Shown here one piece after another: positions 1 through 12,200 of a DNA stretch of 64,000 bases. How positions within the stretch are numbered: the first letter of the stretch is position 1; each line of letters starts with the position of its first letter. Source of the DNA: Gammaproteobacteria bacterium. GTDB lineage: Bacteria; Pseudomonadota; Gammaproteobacteria; SG8-11. The stretch is from positions 24,240 to 88,239 of the forward strand of contig JAUWSG010000001.1 of NCBI GenBank assembly GCA_030610155.1. Direction: 5' to 3'. The translations under genes and the position numbers were made by a program. The notes under the pieces are model-generated. The model did not search any database. It was not told the DNA's origin and worked only from the letters and a program-made list of their open reading frames with translations.

Positions 1-148
1 CACTACGATGAAAGTTTGGGTCCATCAATGTCGGCATTGCAATCAAAAACTGGTTTTTCAATGATAAAAACTGCGTGTCTTTTTCATCCATCCGGTATGC
101 CATCCTGGTATCAGATCAGTGGGCGTTTAACACGCCTGTAAGTTCCTG

Positions 149-1063
149 TTATTTTACCTCAGTTTTAACACTGCCACCCGGAAGAAATTTCCATGTTCTG
201 GTAATGTGCAATATATCTGTTTCCTGTCGAATATTTTCCGGAAACTGCGGATAGGGTGCGGCAATTCTGACAATATTGATCGCGGCATCATCCAGAATTT
301 TATAGCCTGAGGACCGGCGAACGGTAATATCGGCGATCGTGCCATTTGAATACAGCGCAACATCCAGCAACAGATCACCGTAGAGCTGTTTACGCCTGGC
401 TTCTCCGGGGAAATTCAGCTCACCGACATGCTCAATTGTTTTTGTCCATTCTGCAATATAACGAGCATATTTATACTGTTTGGTGCGTGCATGAATAAAT
501 TTCTGACGTGGTTTTTTGGCAAAAGCCTGGACTTGTTTATCCAGCTGAGCGCTTAATTTTGCTATTTCCTGACTGCGTGCTAACAACTCAGGTGTCATCA
601 GTGTGTCAATTTCGGGGGTCTCTTGCGGGTCTTTTTCTTGCGAAAAGATCTTCATATCCGCTTCCTGTGCCGTTAACACTTCTTCATTTATCTGTTGTGG
701 CTTCGGCATTTCTTCCATTTTAGGCATAGACATGGGTGAAGCACTGTCATCTGCCGTCGAGAAAAGAGCGGGCGAGTCCGTCGTGGGCAGGGCTTTTTCA
801 TCCTGATTTCCGCCCGCCTCCTGATTTGCTTGAGCCAGAAAATCAGCATCTTCCGGCTCTTTTTCTGATTCAGTCGGCACCAGCGTAATATCCAGTGTCG
901 GTGCCATGGTTTTATTTGGATTAAATTCTTCCATGCCGAAACTGACGCCGAGAATAACAATGGCGTTAAATACGACCGATAAAAACAGTGTGAAACCAAA
1001 TCGATCTGTCGATGAGACCTCCGGCCCCATCGAACGTCTTGCTCTTGCGGTGGCAGCCGTCAT
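149..1063 (-). CDS. TonB C-terminal domain family protein with an N-terminal membrane anchor
   Basis: Single TM helix (FGFTLFLSVVFNAIVILGVSFG) and an acidic Pro/Glu-rich linker. The C-terminus (YGDLLLDVALYSNGTIADITVRRSSGYKILDDAAINIVRIAAPYP) matches the TonB_C consensus G.V.V...G.V....SSG...LD.AA. Confidence 0.6.
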   Translation of the reverse strand: MTAATARARRSMGPEVSSTDRFGFTLFLSVVFNAIVILGVSFGMEEFNPNKTMAPTLDITLVPTESEKEPEDADFLAQANQEAGGNQDEKALPTTDSPALFSTADDSASPMSMPKMEEMPKPQQINEEVLTAQEADMKIFSQEKDPQETPEIDTLMTPELLARSQEIAKLSAQLDKQVQAFAKKPRQKFIHARTKQYKYARYIAEWTKTIEHVGELNFPGEARRKQLYGDLLLDVALYSNGTIADITVRRSSGYKILDDAAINIVRIAAPYPQFPENIRQETDILHITRTWKFLPGGSVKTEVK

Positions 1064-1602
1064 CAGCGCCTGGCCTCAAGCTCTGGCAAAACAGCCATTG
1101 CAACTATGCCGCTAATTGCGCCGAAAATCAGTGATGTTGTCGCCAAAATCGGCAATAATGTCAATAATGCCTCGTGCTGAATAAACAATGAATAAGCGAC
1201 ATAGAATTGCACACTGATATGAGTCATCGCGCCCATGACAGAATAACCAATGGCGCCTGGCGCCCAGGCCGGAAATACCTGCGACAGACTCGAAGCCAAT
1301 GTCAGCATAAGCAAGGTCGCAACCGCGCCACTGAGACTTAATATAAATGTTGGTGACATAAAGGTGCCAAGCAACAAGCTGCCAATCAACACCCGTAATA
1401 ACGTCACCCATATAGCCATTTTCAAGCCATACTGGCATAACACAATAATCGTGACGATATTCGCAAGTCCAGGTTTGAATCCGGGAAAAGGACTGGGCAA
1501 TGCGCTTTCTAATAGATGTATGCTGATCGCCAGCGCAGTCAGCCAGGCAATCATATGATCATCCCGGGTGGTCCTGACAACTGTATTTGCTGTAATGTTC
1601 AT
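1063..1602 (-). CDS. Gx transporter family membrane protein (ECF-S-like, usually clustered with ApbE)
   Basis: Polytopic hydrophobic protein of about 5 TM helices. It sits in the conserved order apbE, NusG-domain-II protein, Gx transporter, with a 1-nt overlap to the neighbouring gene. Confidence 0.5.
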   Translation of the reverse strand: MNITANTVVRTTRDDHMIAWLTALAISIHLLESALPSPFPGFKPGLANIVTIIVLCQYGLKMAIWVTLLRVLIGSLLLGTFMSPTFILSLSGAVATLLMLTLASSLSQVFPAWAPGAIGYSVMGAMTHISVQFYVAYSLFIQHEALLTLLPILATTSLIFGAISGIVAMAVLPELEARR

Positions 1603-1683
1603 AACTTATTGAATATATAGGTATTATTAAGCTGTTTTATTAACTGTCGCGCCAGCCCCCCGGTCTTTAATCGGCAGATTACG

Positions 1684-2079
1684 CTAAAAATTGACCGTAT
1701 CAAAATGACTATTTTGACCTTCAATTGAGACACTAATGCGATTTGGCAGGCAAGCAATAAGCTCTCCACTGAGGCTGGCCCATCCCTGGTGAATACATAA
1801 TTTATTTTCACAGGGAGAACTCAAAAATCGCACCCGACCACCTTCTATTTGCAGTCGACTATTACCCAGTTGACCTTCTATCGTGACTTCCCGGTTTTGT
1901 AACAGCGATAATTTTTCAACCGCACCGCCCTTGGCGACAATATGAATATATTCACCTGCATGACTGGCGACGCGCCAAAACACCACATATAAAATGACCA
2001 GAAATACCAAGGCCATGGCCAGAACGAAAACATCACCTTTTGTCATTTGATTTATAAATGTCTTAGCCACCACGATCAT
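1684..2079 (-). CDS. NusG domain II-containing membrane-anchored protein
   Basis: N-terminal TM segment then a small beta-rich domain. The stop overlaps the apbE start by 4 nt, the typical position in the ApbE/Gx-transporter cluster. The true start may be the internal Met (MTKGDVFVLA). Confidence 0.45.
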   Translation of the reverse strand: MIVVAKTFINQMTKGDVFVLAMALVFLVILYVVFWRVASHAGEYIHIVAKGGAVEKLSLLQNREVTIEGQLGNSRLQIEGGRVRFLSSPCENKLCIHQGWASLSGELIACLPNRISVSIEGQNSHFDTVNF

Positions 2080-3176
2080 AAGGGTGGACTCAATTTAATA
2101 TCAGGCGATTCATCCAGTTCGAATTTGATACGTTTGGCCATGGCCGGGTTCATGTGTATCTTCATATCTTGATCAATCAACATCACCCATTTGAGGCCCA
2201 TCGACTTTGCGATGTCATACCATTGCGCAGGCCCGGCAATAAACAAGGCTGTTGCGGCCGCATCCGCAACGGCTGCATCATGATCAATAACAGTCACCGA
2301 GACGACACCTTCAGCCGGGTAGCCGGTTCGAGGATCAAGTATATGATGATAACGTTTTCCCTGGTATTCAAAGAAACGTTCATAATCACCGGAAGTAAAG
2401 ATGCTTTCATCTTTGATAATTTCCAGCGAAGCAATCATGCCTTCCTGCCTTGGGTGACGAATACCAATATGCCAGTTACGGTCACCGCGCTTGCCTATTG
2501 CGCGTAAATCTCCACCCGCATTAATGATCGCGTTATTGATGCCCATCTCGCGCAACTTACCAATCGCCAGATCAATGCCATAACCTTTTGCAATCGCGCC
2601 AAAGTCCAGCTCCAGTGCAGTATTATCACTACGAATGGATATACCCTCGAGGTGCAAATTATCCATTGTTGGATTTTGTGCCAACAAATCAGCAATCGCC
2701 TTTGGATCAGGTAATTCACGAGGGGCCTTGTTTTCCTGACTATTGTTTCCCAGGCTCTGGTTTTCCTGGTTAAAGTCCCAAAGTTGAATTAATTTTCCAA
2801 TCGCCGGATTAAACAACTTGTTACTTTGGTCGGAAAGTTTTCTGGCTTTCACCAACATAGGCAACACGGATGGTGAACCCGTAAATGCCAGTTTGCTTGG
2901 AAACAATTTGTTCATTCTCCCCAGAGAACCTCGCGCCCTGGGACTCCATACACGATGCAAAAATTTAAAGTCTTCCGCCAGCTCAGCCGTGGCCTGTTTT
3001 GCCTTTTCTGGTTGCTCACCCCAGATACTGATTTCCACGATGGTGCCAAATACAAAAAGTTGTTCTTTATAGACAGTATCCCGGGTACTGTCGCAGGCAC
3101 TAACAAAAACACAAACAAGAACAATGCAACAAGCGGCATAGAAACGGGATCGAGAATTATTTTTATACAGCTGCAT
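2076..3176 (-). CDS. apbE: FAD:protein FMN transferase ApbE (lipoprotein)
   Basis: Lipobox (VCVFVSAC-D). The ApbE family is recognised by eye from the C-terminal part (e.g. AIAKGYGIDLA, RYHHILDPRTGYP, TALFIAG). Confidence 0.8.
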   Translation of the reverse strand: MQLYKNNSRSRFYAACCIVLVCVFVSACDSTRDTVYKEQLFVFGTIVEISIWGEQPEKAKQATAELAEDFKFLHRVWSPRARGSLGRMNKLFPSKLAFTGSPSVLPMLVKARKLSDQSNKLFNPAIGKLIQLWDFNQENQSLGNNSQENKAPRELPDPKAIADLLAQNPTMDNLHLEGISIRSDNTALELDFGAIAKGYGIDLAIGKLREMGINNAIINAGGDLRAIGKRGDRNWHIGIRHPRQEGMIASLEIIKDESIFTSGDYERFFEYQGKRYHHILDPRTGYPAEGVVSVTVIDHDAAVADAAATALFIAGPAQWYDIAKSMGLKWVMLIDQDMKIHMNPAMAKRIKFELDESPDIKLSPPL

Positions 3177-4134
3177 TCAACTTTAACTTGCTTTCAATAC
3201 AATCCAGCAATTCACCACTTATGTTCAATGAATACAGCGCATCCAACTCACGAATACAGGTGGGACTGGTGACGTTTATTTCTGTCAAATAATCGCCAAT
3301 GACATCAATGCCGACAAACATAAGACCTTTTTCCTTTAACGCCGGGCCAAGCTGCGCACAAATCCACTTATCGCGCTCGGTTAACGCCATGCCTTTACCT
3401 TTTCCGCCCGCGGCCAGATTACCGCGTGTTTCGCCCTTGGCTGGAATACGCGCCAGGGCATAAGGCACAGGCTCGCCATCGATGAGTAAAATGCGTTTGT
3501 CGCCCTGGCTTATTTCCGGGATAAATTGTTGCACGATAGTAAAGTCAGATGCGTGGTCGGTCAGTGTTTCAATCACCACACTGATGTTGGGATCATTTTT
3601 TTGCAGCCTGAATATTGATTTACCGCCCATACCACCCGGCGGCTTGAGAATAATATCCTTATATTTGTTTAAAAATGCCCTTATATGCTCTGCCTGGCGT
3701 GTCACCAACGTAGGTGGGGAACATTGTGGAAACCAGCCGGTAAATATTTTTTCATTTGCATCTCGCAAACTCTGGGGTTTATTAACAACCAGCACCCCCT
3801 GGCGTTCTGCATATTCCAATAGATACGTTGTGTAAATATATTCCATATCAAATGGGGGATCTAATCTCATTAACACCACATCTAAATCACTAACTGGCGC
3901 AGTTAAAGTTTCCTTTATGTTAAACCACTTGTTAGCGTCATCATAAACGTCCAGCCTGGCCATAGACGCATAGGTGCGGCCATCCTGTAAAAACAGGTCA
4001 CCTTGTTGCATATAATGCAGCTCCCAGCCACGCCGACTCGCTTCGAGCAGCATGGCAAAAGAACTGTCCTTTTTTATGTTAATGGACTCGATCGGGTCCA
4101 TCACAATGCCTAGTTTGATTGTCATACTATTCAA
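3163..4134 (-). CDS. gshB: Glutathione synthetase
   Basis: N-terminus (MIKLGIVMDPIESINIKKDSSFAMLLEA) and the ATP-grasp region are typical of GshB. gshB is divergent from pilG, as in Pseudomonas. Confidence 0.9.
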   Translation of the reverse strand: MNSMTIKLGIVMDPIESINIKKDSSFAMLLEASRRGWELHYMQQGDLFLQDGRTYASMARLDVYDDANKWFNIKETLTAPVSDLDVVLMRLDPPFDMEYIYTTYLLEYAERQGVLVVNKPQSLRDANEKIFTGWFPQCSPPTLVTRQAEHIRAFLNKYKDIILKPPGGMGGKSIFRLQKNDPNISVVIETLTDHASDFTIVQQFIPEISQGDKRILLIDGEPVPYALARIPAKGETRGNLAAGGKGKGMALTERDKWICAQLGPALKEKGLMFVGIDVIGDYLTEINVTSPTCIRELDALYSLNISGELLDCIESKLKLNAAV

Positions 4135-4614
4135 ATGTTTTTAAAGTTACTTGTTACGCCATTTAACTATAATTAAGTTGTTTAATTTTCTTTTAAAAAA
4201 TTAAGAGGATATTGCTATATAATTAAATATCTAATACTAATGTTCTAATTAACAAAGCCGATACATTCCCTGAAGTCATTGATGTATATCCACGTTTTGC
4301 ATGCTTTAATGGAATATACGTTAATAATGTGCTAAATAAAATGAATGGTAAAATTTATAAGCACAAGAACAAGTTAGGGCAACATTTAGTGCGACTAACC
4401 CAACAAGTTTTATACCTGTTGAGGAAATATAAACGCATCGCGCAGGCTTTAATGTGTAGAAAACATTACCTGCCTATGTGATGACTGAAAACTCATTGTG
4501 ACATAGAAATAGTATTATAAATTAATATCTTATTTGAATTTCAAATAAAACTATACAGTCCAGAAACTCGCCATTTATCGAGTTCAGAGGCCAAAATTTC
4601 GAGGTTGTAACTTA

Positions 4615-4998
4615 GTGAGTGAAGACTTAACAGGCACCAAGGTAATGGTCATCGACGACAGTAAAACCATACGCCGAACTGCTGAAACATTATTGAAAAA
4701 AGCAGGCTGTGACGTGGTAACTGCAACAGATGGGTTTGAGGCATTGTCTAAAATCACAGACAATCAGCCTGACATTATATTTATCGATATTATGATGCCC
4801 CGTCTGGATGGTTATCAAACGTGTGCATTAATTAAACGCAACCAGAATTACAAATCAACGCCTGTCATCCTGCTGACAAGTAAAGATGGTCTGTTTGACC
4901 GGGCACGTGGCCGTATCGTCGGATCAGACCAATATCTGACAAAACCGTTTACCAAAGAAGAACTTTTAGGTGCGATAAAAGAATTTGTAACTAAATGA
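4615..4998 (+). CDS. pilG: Twitching-motility response regulator (CheY-like)
   Basis: Single REC domain (KVMVIDDSKTIRRTAETLLKKAG...DIMMPRLDGY...LTSKDG...KPF). GTG start with an upstream GAGG. First gene of the pilGHIJK order. Confidence 0.85.
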   Translation: MSEDLTGTKVMVIDDSKTIRRTAETLLKKAGCDVVTATDGFEALSKITDNQPDIIFIDIMMPRLDGYQTCALIKRNQNYKSTPVILLTSKDGLFDRARGRIVGSDQYLTKPFTKEELLGAIKEFVTK

Positions 4999-5081
4999 AA
5001 ATTAATATTTTTTTCGACTATATTTAAGTGTTACAGACCAAATATATTTTTAAGTTTTACAGACCGAATAGGAGAGGCTAA

Positions 5082-5447
5082 ATGGCAACCGTTTTGATTG
5101 TTGATGATTCACCGACAGAAATTCATGTTTTAAAAACGATGCTCGAAAAAAATGGATTTGATGTAATTACGGCCAGCAGCGGTGAAGAAGGTGTCGCGAC
5201 GTCTAAAGAGGCGAAGCCTAACCTTATTTTAATGGATATTGTCATGCCGGGCCTTAATGGCTTTCAGGCAACACGACAAATCACCACGGATTCCGAAACA
5301 TCACATATCCCTGTCATTATTGTGACGACAAAAAACCAGGAAACTGACCGGGTTTGGGGTCTGCGCCAGGGCGCCAAAGACTATCTGACCAAGCCAGTAG
5401 CGGAAGAAGAGCTGATCACCAAAGTGAATGCGGCGATAAACGGGTAA
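5082..5447 (+). CDS. pilH: Twitching-motility response regulator (CheY-like)
   Basis: REC domain (TVLIVDDSPTE...MDIVMPGLNGF...KPV). GGAGAGG RBS 5 nt upstream of the ATG. Confidence 0.85.
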   Translation: MATVLIVDDSPTEIHVLKTMLEKNGFDVITASSGEEGVATSKEAKPNLILMDIVMPGLNGFQATRQITTDSETSHIPVIIVTTKNQETDRVWGLRQGAKDYLTKPVAEEELITKVNAAING

Positions 5448-5452
5448 GCTTA

Positions 5453-5995
5453 ATGCCACAATCCATACAATCCCCTTTTGAGCTTCTGCTGGACATTGAG
5501 CGCCGCGGCATAAAACATGCGGCGGGTCTGCCACAGCAGGAAGAAGTCACCCGACCCTGGTCAGGCATCGGGTTTAAAATTGGTGATTTACACCTGGTAT
5601 CTGCTGTTGGTGACGTAAACGAAATATTACATTTTCCACAAGTTACAGCAATCCCGGGCACCAAACCCTGGGTAAAAGGCATGGCCAACATTCGCGGCAA
5701 TCTTATCCCCATTATTGACCTCAATGGATACCTTGGGCATTCCTCCACCCACTTGAACAGCAACAGTCGTGTTCTGATTATAAACAATGCCGATTTATGG
5801 GCCGGCCTGCTGGTCGACAAGGTATTGGGGCTCAAGCATTTTTATGATGAAGAACAGGTCGACGAAAAGCCCGAGACAGAAGACAGCCTGGTTCAGTATT
5901 TATCAGGTGGATATGAACAAAACAAAGATAATTGGTACGTTTTTAGCATGAAATCATTAGCAGAAAAACCGGACTTTTATCAAGTCTCAATGTAA
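5453..5995 (+). CDS. pilI: CheW-like coupling protein
   Basis: CheW domain. Start placed at the internal ATG (MPQSIQSPFELLLD) just after the pilH stop; the longer ORF-track extension overlaps pilH. Confidence 0.75.
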   Translation: MPQSIQSPFELLLDIERRGIKHAAGLPQQEEVTRPWSGIGFKIGDLHLVSAVGDVNEILHFPQVTAIPGTKPWVKGMANIRGNLIPIIDLNGYLGHSSTHLNSNSRVLIINNADLWAGLLVDKVLGLKHFYDEEQVDEKPETEDSLVQYLSGGYEQNKDNWYVFSMKSLAEKPDFYQVSM

Positions 5996-6092
5996 CTTAT
6001 TAAAATAACTATAAATATTAGAATTTTAGAACACTATCCTTTTTTCACTGAATTAATAGAGTCAAAAATTTAACGCGCCAGGAGCCTGAAAG

Positions 6093-8123
6093 ATGAATAT
6101 AAGTGGGTCTGATTTAACAAAAAGACTATTTGCGGATAAGCAGCTATCGATACTGGGAGCTGGGCTGGTTATTACGTTTATCGCGATGTCTGCCATCCTC
6201 TTCTACACCGGACAAAAGAACACGCATGATAAACAATACATCGGTCTGACGGGTGAGCTGCGCGTACTTTCGCAAAACCTTGTGAAAAATGCCAGTGAGG
6301 CTTCTTCTGCACGTGTCACCGCATTTCCCTTATTAAAAGAATCCCGTGATAATTTCGACGCGACACTGGATAAACTGCAAAATGGCGATCCTGCATCCGG
6401 ACTTCCCGCTTCCAGTGCTGAAATATCCGCTCAGTTAACCGCCGTCGTCGATCGCTGGAACACTTTTCGCGGAAATGCGGATGATATATTCCAGGCGGAA
6501 GGCACAATCCGACAACTCAGTGAGTTCGTTAACCACATTAACAACACCATGCCCAACCTGCTGGCGTTATCTGATGAAGTTGTTGGCATCATGATTGAAA
6601 TTGGCTCCAATGCACAACAAGTTTACATTGCCAGTCGGCAGCTCATGCTTAGTCAACGTATGTCTTTCAATGTAAACAAGATTTTACAAGGTGGCCAGGG
6701 CGCTGCAACGGCTGCAGACCGGTTCGGCCGTGACGCCGCATTATTTGGCCGGGTACTGGCAGCCATGCTTAAAGGCAACCGCGCCATGAGTATTAAGCGT
6801 ATCAGTGATCCGGATGCCCGTGACAAACTGGAAGAAGTAGCAGAATCATTTGCCGAGGTAAGTGAATTAGTCGGCCGTATCCTGGAAAAAACACCTGAAT
6901 TGTTTAAAGCGCAGGAAGCTGCGAACAACATGTTCACCAATAGTGAAGACCTGCTTTTAGAAACCACCGACTTGATGACCGGTTATGGTTCACTGGCGCA
7001 AACTCGAATAGTTAAAGAGGTATATGGTTATGCACTGGGTGGCGTGGTACTCATACTGTTAGGGTGGTTAGGTTATGCACTGGTAAGCGGTGCTAAATCA
7101 CGTCAGGATGAAGCAGAACAAACCAGTCAAGCCAATCAGGAAGCCATTCTTCAGCTTCTCGAAGAAATTGCTGATCTCGCTGACGGTGACCTGACCAAAC
7201 ACGCAACCGTATCAGAAAGTTTCACCGGCGCCATCGCAGACGCCATGAACTTTGCGATCGACGCGTTGCGCCAGCTTGTTACCACCATTAATGAAACCAC
7301 GGTGCAGGTATCTTCGGCGGCACAGGAAACACAGGCAACGGCCATGCATCTTGCCGAAGCCAGTGATCACCAGGCCCAGCAAATTACAGCAGTGAGTGCG
7401 GCGGTGAATGAAATGGCCGCTTCTATTGAACAAGTATCCAATAACGCATCCTCATCAACCGAAGTTGCGCAACGCGCGGTATCTATCGCGAACAAAGGTT
7501 CAGAAGCAGTGCAGGATACGATCAAGGGTATGGATTCTATCCGTGAAAACATCCAGGAAACATCAAAACGAATTAAACGACTCGGCGAAAGCTCACAGGA
7601 AATTGGTGACATCATCGAACTCATTAATGACATTGCTGATCAAACCAACATTCTCGCATTAAACGCCGCTATTCAGGCGGCTATGGCGGGAGACGCCGGT
7701 CGAGGTTTCGCGGTTGTTGCGGATGAAGTACAACGACTCGCTGAACGCTCCACTGATGCAACAAAACAGATTGAAGGCCTGGTAAGAACCATTCAAACAG
7801 ATACCAAAGAAGCGGTTGCTTCAATGGAACAAAGTACATCTGGTGTGGTACAGGGTGCGAAGCTGGCACAACGTGCGGGTGAAGCGCTGGAAGAAATTGA
7901 AACTGTGTCCACCAACCTGGCAGAAATTATTCAAAACATTACTGATGCTGCGCAACAACAATCTACTGCGGCAACAAGTATTTCAGAAACCATGAATGTT
8001 ATTCAGGAAGTAACGACACAAACATCTGCTGGTACAAGTGAAACAGCAACATCCATTGGTAATCTGGCTGAACTTGCTAATGAACTGAGAAAGTCAGTCG
8101 CAGGTTTTGCACTGCCTAACTAA
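6093..8123 (+). CDS. pilJ: Methyl-accepting chemotaxis protein of the Pil-Chp system
   Basis: N-terminal TM, periplasmic domain, second TM, HAMP, and the MCP signalling domain with the conserved hairpin ([40 protein letters not shown]). Confidence 0.85.
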   Translation: MNISGSDLTKRLFADKQLSILGAGLVITFIAMSAILFYTGQKNTHDKQYIGLTGELRVLSQNLVKNASEASSARVTAFPLLKESRDNFDATLDKLQNGDPASGLPASSAEISAQLTAVVDRWNTFRGNADDIFQAEGTIRQLSEFVNHINNTMPNLLALSDEVVGIMIEIGSNAQQVYIASRQLMLSQRMSFNVNKILQGGQGAATAADRFGRDAALFGRVLAAMLKGNRAMSIKRISDPDARDKLEEVAESFAEVSELVGRILEKTPELFKAQEAANNMFTNSEDLLLETTDLMTGYGSLAQTRIVKEVYGYALGGVVLILLGWLGYALVSGAKSRQDEAEQTSQANQEAILQLLEEIADLADGDLTKHATVSESFTGAIADAMNFAIDALRQLVTTINETTVQVSSAAQETQATAMHLAEASDHQAQQITAVSAAVNEMAASIEQVSNNASSSTEVAQRAVSIANKGSEAVQDTIKGMDSIRENIQETSKRIKRLGESSQEIGDIIELINDIADQTNILALNAAIQAAMAGDAGRGFAVVADEVQRLAERSTDATKQIEGLVRTIQTDTKEAVASMEQSTSGVVQGAKLAQRAGEALEEIETVSTNLAEIIQNITDAAQQQSTAATSISETMNVIQEVTTQTSAGTSETATSIGNLAELANELRKSVAGFALPN

Positions 8124-8289
8124 CGATAGCTACCCCACGACAAAGGACTAACATCGAACATAACGCTAACGAATAGCATAAATTTGGTGAGAGAGTGTCT
8201 TTGTCGGGGGACGTTTATCAAAGGTACAAAGAACTGCTCTTTGGATTATTGTGTTATTAATATGAAGCGAATAAAAATGGTGTTATTGA

Positions 8290-9210
8290 ATGGTTACTGT
8301 AGCTAACAGCTTATTGACTCAGTCCGAAACATATAGTGAGTACAATGCCTCTACAATGAACGATAAACAGTTCGCAAGATGGGTAGAGCTGTTGGAGTTA
8401 CGTATTGGTGTTCGTGCCTCCGCACTGCGTAAAACATTTCTCACCAATGCCCTTGATATTCGACTACAGACCCTTGGGCTACAGAATTACAATGAGTATG
8501 ATGATTACCTGCATTCCGGTAATCAAGGTGAAATAGAGTGGTTTGAGTTAATTGATCTGCTCACCATCAGAGAAACAAGGTTCTTCAGACATAACAGCTC
8601 ACTGGAACTACTGCAGGATTATGCATTAAATAAACTTTCACAGTTTAAAAACGTTGGTCAGCAATCCCTTAAGGCCTGGAGTGTCGGTTGTGCAACAGGT
8701 GAAGAAGCCTATACCCTTGCGATTATTCTGGACCAGACCATCAAGAGTGCCGGGGATAAATCCTGTTATTTCAGTGTCATGGCCAGTGACATCAGCCACT
8801 CTGCACTAAATGCCGGAAGAAAAGGTACTTACTCCTCAAAACAATTGAATAAAATGGATGAAAAACTCATCCAGCAGCATTTTACTGCACTCGGCAATAA
8901 TCAATATCAAATTTCCGGGCAATTGAAAATCAGAGTGTGTTTTAACAAAGTGAATGTTCTGGATATCAGCCAAAAAAACATAGGACAGATGGACATTATT
9001 TTTTGCCAGAATCTACTCTATTATTTTGAGCATGACACCCGCATCAAAATATTGAACAAATTAACAGAATACCTGGCTACAGATGGCATTTTGATACTCG
9101 GGCCAGGTGACATTTTCCAGTGGGATAATCCCGACATGGCTTTAGTCAAAGGCGATAATACTTTGGCTTATCGCAAATCTGCCTCGATCAACCCAGGAAC
9201 AAATAAATGA
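8290..9210 (+). CDS. pilK: CheR-type MCP methyltransferase
   Basis: CheR N-terminal helical domain followed by a SAM-dependent methyltransferase fold (WSVGCATGEEAYTLAIIL). Overlaps chpA by 4 nt (ATGA). Confidence 0.75.
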   Translation: MVTVANSLLTQSETYSEYNASTMNDKQFARWVELLELRIGVRASALRKTFLTNALDIRLQTLGLQNYNEYDDYLHSGNQGEIEWFELIDLLTIRETRFFRHNSSLELLQDYALNKLSQFKNVGQQSLKAWSVGCATGEEAYTLAIILDQTIKSAGDKSCYFSVMASDISHSALNAGRKGTYSSKQLNKMDEKLIQQHFTALGNNQYQISGQLKIRVCFNKVNVLDISQKNIGQMDIIFCQNLLYYFEHDTRIKILNKLTEYLATDGILILGPGDIFQWDNPDMALVKGDNTLAYRKSASINPGTNK

Positions 9211-12200
9211 ATGCGCGCAGTGATCAAGATACAAATATAGGCTGGATTAAATCTGAGCTTGACGAAACACTTTCTCTTGCCCGTCAGGCACTGGAAGTTT
9301 ATGTTGAAAATCCAAACGATGAAGCTCAGCTGCGCTTTGTCTCAACACATATGCATCAAATTGTTGGCACACTGCAATTAGTCGAGTTATACGGTGCATC
9401 TTTGCTGGCAGAAGAAACAGAACTGGTTGTTAATGACCTTATCGAGGGTAAAATTAAACAACTTGATGATGCATATGAAGTTGTTATGCGTGCAATACTT
9501 CAATTACCTACCTATCTTGATCATATACAACAGGGGTTCAAAGACAACCCGGTTAATTTGCTTCCTATATTGAATGACTTACGTACGACACGCGGCCAGC
9601 AACTATTATCAGAACACGCGTTTTTTTCTCCAGACCTGGATGTTTTGCCAGATGCGCAGGCAGCATCTGCTCCCCATAGCACTGAAGAACTGCCTCTTTT
9701 TGCGAAAAAACTGCGTCCCTTGTATCAGACAGGTCTGGTTGGCCTGTTTCGCAATAAAGATGTGCAGAAAAATCTGAAACTGTTGGCAACAGTAATAAAG
9801 CAGTTAGAAAACTCTGTTGCTACCGACAAGGCCAAACAATTATTTTGGGTATGTGGAGGCATAATTGAAGGCTTATATAATAAGGGACTTGAAGCCAACA
9901 TTTCTCTCAAATCACTGCTCGGCCAGGTTGATCGCCTGATTAAAACATTAATAGATGGTGGCGAGCAGGCACTCAGTGAAGCAATAACTAAAGAGTTACT
10001 CAAGAACCTTCTTTATTATGTTGCACAAACAGAAGCAAAAGGGGCCCGCGTCAACGAGCTGAAAAAGGCTTTTAATCTAAACAAAATATTACCTGCTGGT
10101 GATGCTAAGTCTGCTGAAGCACATGAACAAATGACTGGATTTGGGGCAGATGTTATCAAAAATGTCTCAAAAGCTATTAAAGAAGATATGTTAAGCATCA
10201 AAGATAGCCTGGATTTATTTGTCCGCTCGGATGACAGTCCACTATCTGATCTTGAACCAATGTGTGAAAAACTGCGTTCTGTTGCGGATACATTGGGTTT
10301 GCTGGGTATGGGTAAACTGCGCAAATTAATCAAGGAACAGGAACAGGTCGTTAACAACATCATGAATAGTGATGGAGACCTTGACGATTCAGTGATAATG
10401 GGAATTGCCAGTGCCTTGCTGTTTGTTGAATCTTCCATAAATGACCTGCGTCTTGCTAATATTGAAGACGATCAGGATCAAGATCAGATTCAGGATACAA
10501 AATTATTACCTGATTCTGAATATAATCAGCTTGTTGATCTTACTATCACCGAAGCAAAATCAGTATTAGCCAGGGTAAAAGATGCCTTTATCGCATTTGC
10601 CGCTGACAACACTAACTATGAGTTACTTGAAGGCACACCGGATTTAATTAATGAAATAAAAGGCGCATTTGTCATCGTTTCATTCGGGCGCGCGGCAGAT
10701 CTGATTAACTCCTGTAATAAATATATAACTGAAAAATTACTCGCTAACAAATCAACACCGGAAAAAGACGAGCTGGATGCGCTTGCTGATGTTATATCGG
10801 GTATTGAATACTTTCTTGAAAATTTTGCGCAAGACAGCAACGGCGCAAGAAAATCACTGGACATAGCACAAGAAAGCCTGATCAAACTTGGATTCCCGCC
10901 AGAACATGTTGAACCCGTTTCAGATGATGGAGCATCACAGACTGTCGATAAAATTGATCTGGAAAGCCTTGAAAACATGCCGGCACCAGAAAAAGCAGAA
11001 CCACCTGTAGAGACACAATCAGAGGCCCCTGCTGAAAAGGCAGAGATCAGCTTCATTGAAGAAGAAGAAGATGAAGGTCCCGACGAGGAAATTCTGGAAA
11101 TCTTTCTGGAAGAGGCTGAAGAAGAATTCGCATCAATTACGGAACAATTAGTTAACTGGGAAGCAAATCTCAGTGATGACAATGCCCTTGCGTCCTTGCG
11201 ACGCTCTTACCATACCCTCAAAGGCAGTGGCAGAATTGTCGGTGCACTCGAGATAGGTGAGTTCGCCTGGGCAATCGAAAGCATGCTTAATCGGGTCATC
11301 GATAAAGCAATAGAAGCAACGCCCGTTTTATTTACCCTGATGAAACAGGCCAAAGATGTCCTTCCTGAACTTATCGACCAGGTCAGAGGTAAAGGTGCCC
11401 CCGCATCTGACATACAAACTATTGCAGACAATGCACACAAACTGACAAAAGGTGAAGATATTGATCTCGACGCAACGCCAGCTGCGGCTAAACCTGCTGA
11501 TGTTGCAGCCGTTGTTTCAGAACAAGGCGAATCAAAAGCAGCCGCCTATGATCCTGTACTGGTTGAAATATTTACCAATGAAACAGCAACACATATCTCG
11601 GCAATCAGGCAATTTATCGCTCAATGCCAGGAGAATGGATTGCCCTGCAAAGTCAATAATGATTTGATCCGTGCGCTCCATACACTACATGGCAGTGCGC
11701 ACATGGCCAATGTACATGATATTGCTGATCTGTCAGACCAACTGGAAAAATATGCAAAACTGGTTCTGGAAAACCAGACTGAAATTAGCGAAGACGTCAT
11801 CACTTTATTGCTCGATAGTGTAAATGCTATCGAAGCAATGATAGGAAACTTGTCTGAAGGCAACGCTGCAATTGAGAACAAAGATGGCTTAATCGATCGA
11901 TCAGCCGCACTATATAACGCTGAACTTTCGGTGCAAAAAGAACGTCTTGGCGGGGCAGACCAGGATACTGAATCTGAGACTACAATAGACGAAGAGCTGA
12001 TCAAAATATATCTATTGGAAGCTGACGAAATTTTGGAACAAACAAACGCTGTCATTTCAGGCTGGAGTCAATCACCTGAACTGACTGATGAACTACGTCG
12101 GCACATGCATACCTTGAAAGGCGGCGCAAAAATCGCCAATCTCCCCGATATTGCTGATGTCAGTGACCATCTTGAAAATGTATTAAACAAATTTGTAGAC

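Noticed and set aside
1-148. Hairpin gggcgtttaacacgcc near 119-137, considered as a terminator of the TonB-like gene
   Set aside because: The stem is short and no U-run follows on the relevant strand.
5354-5452. Upstream extension of the pilI ORF overlapping pilH
   Set aside because: It overlaps the pilH C-terminus. The internal ATG at 5453 directly follows the pilH stop and gives a typical CheW-size protein.
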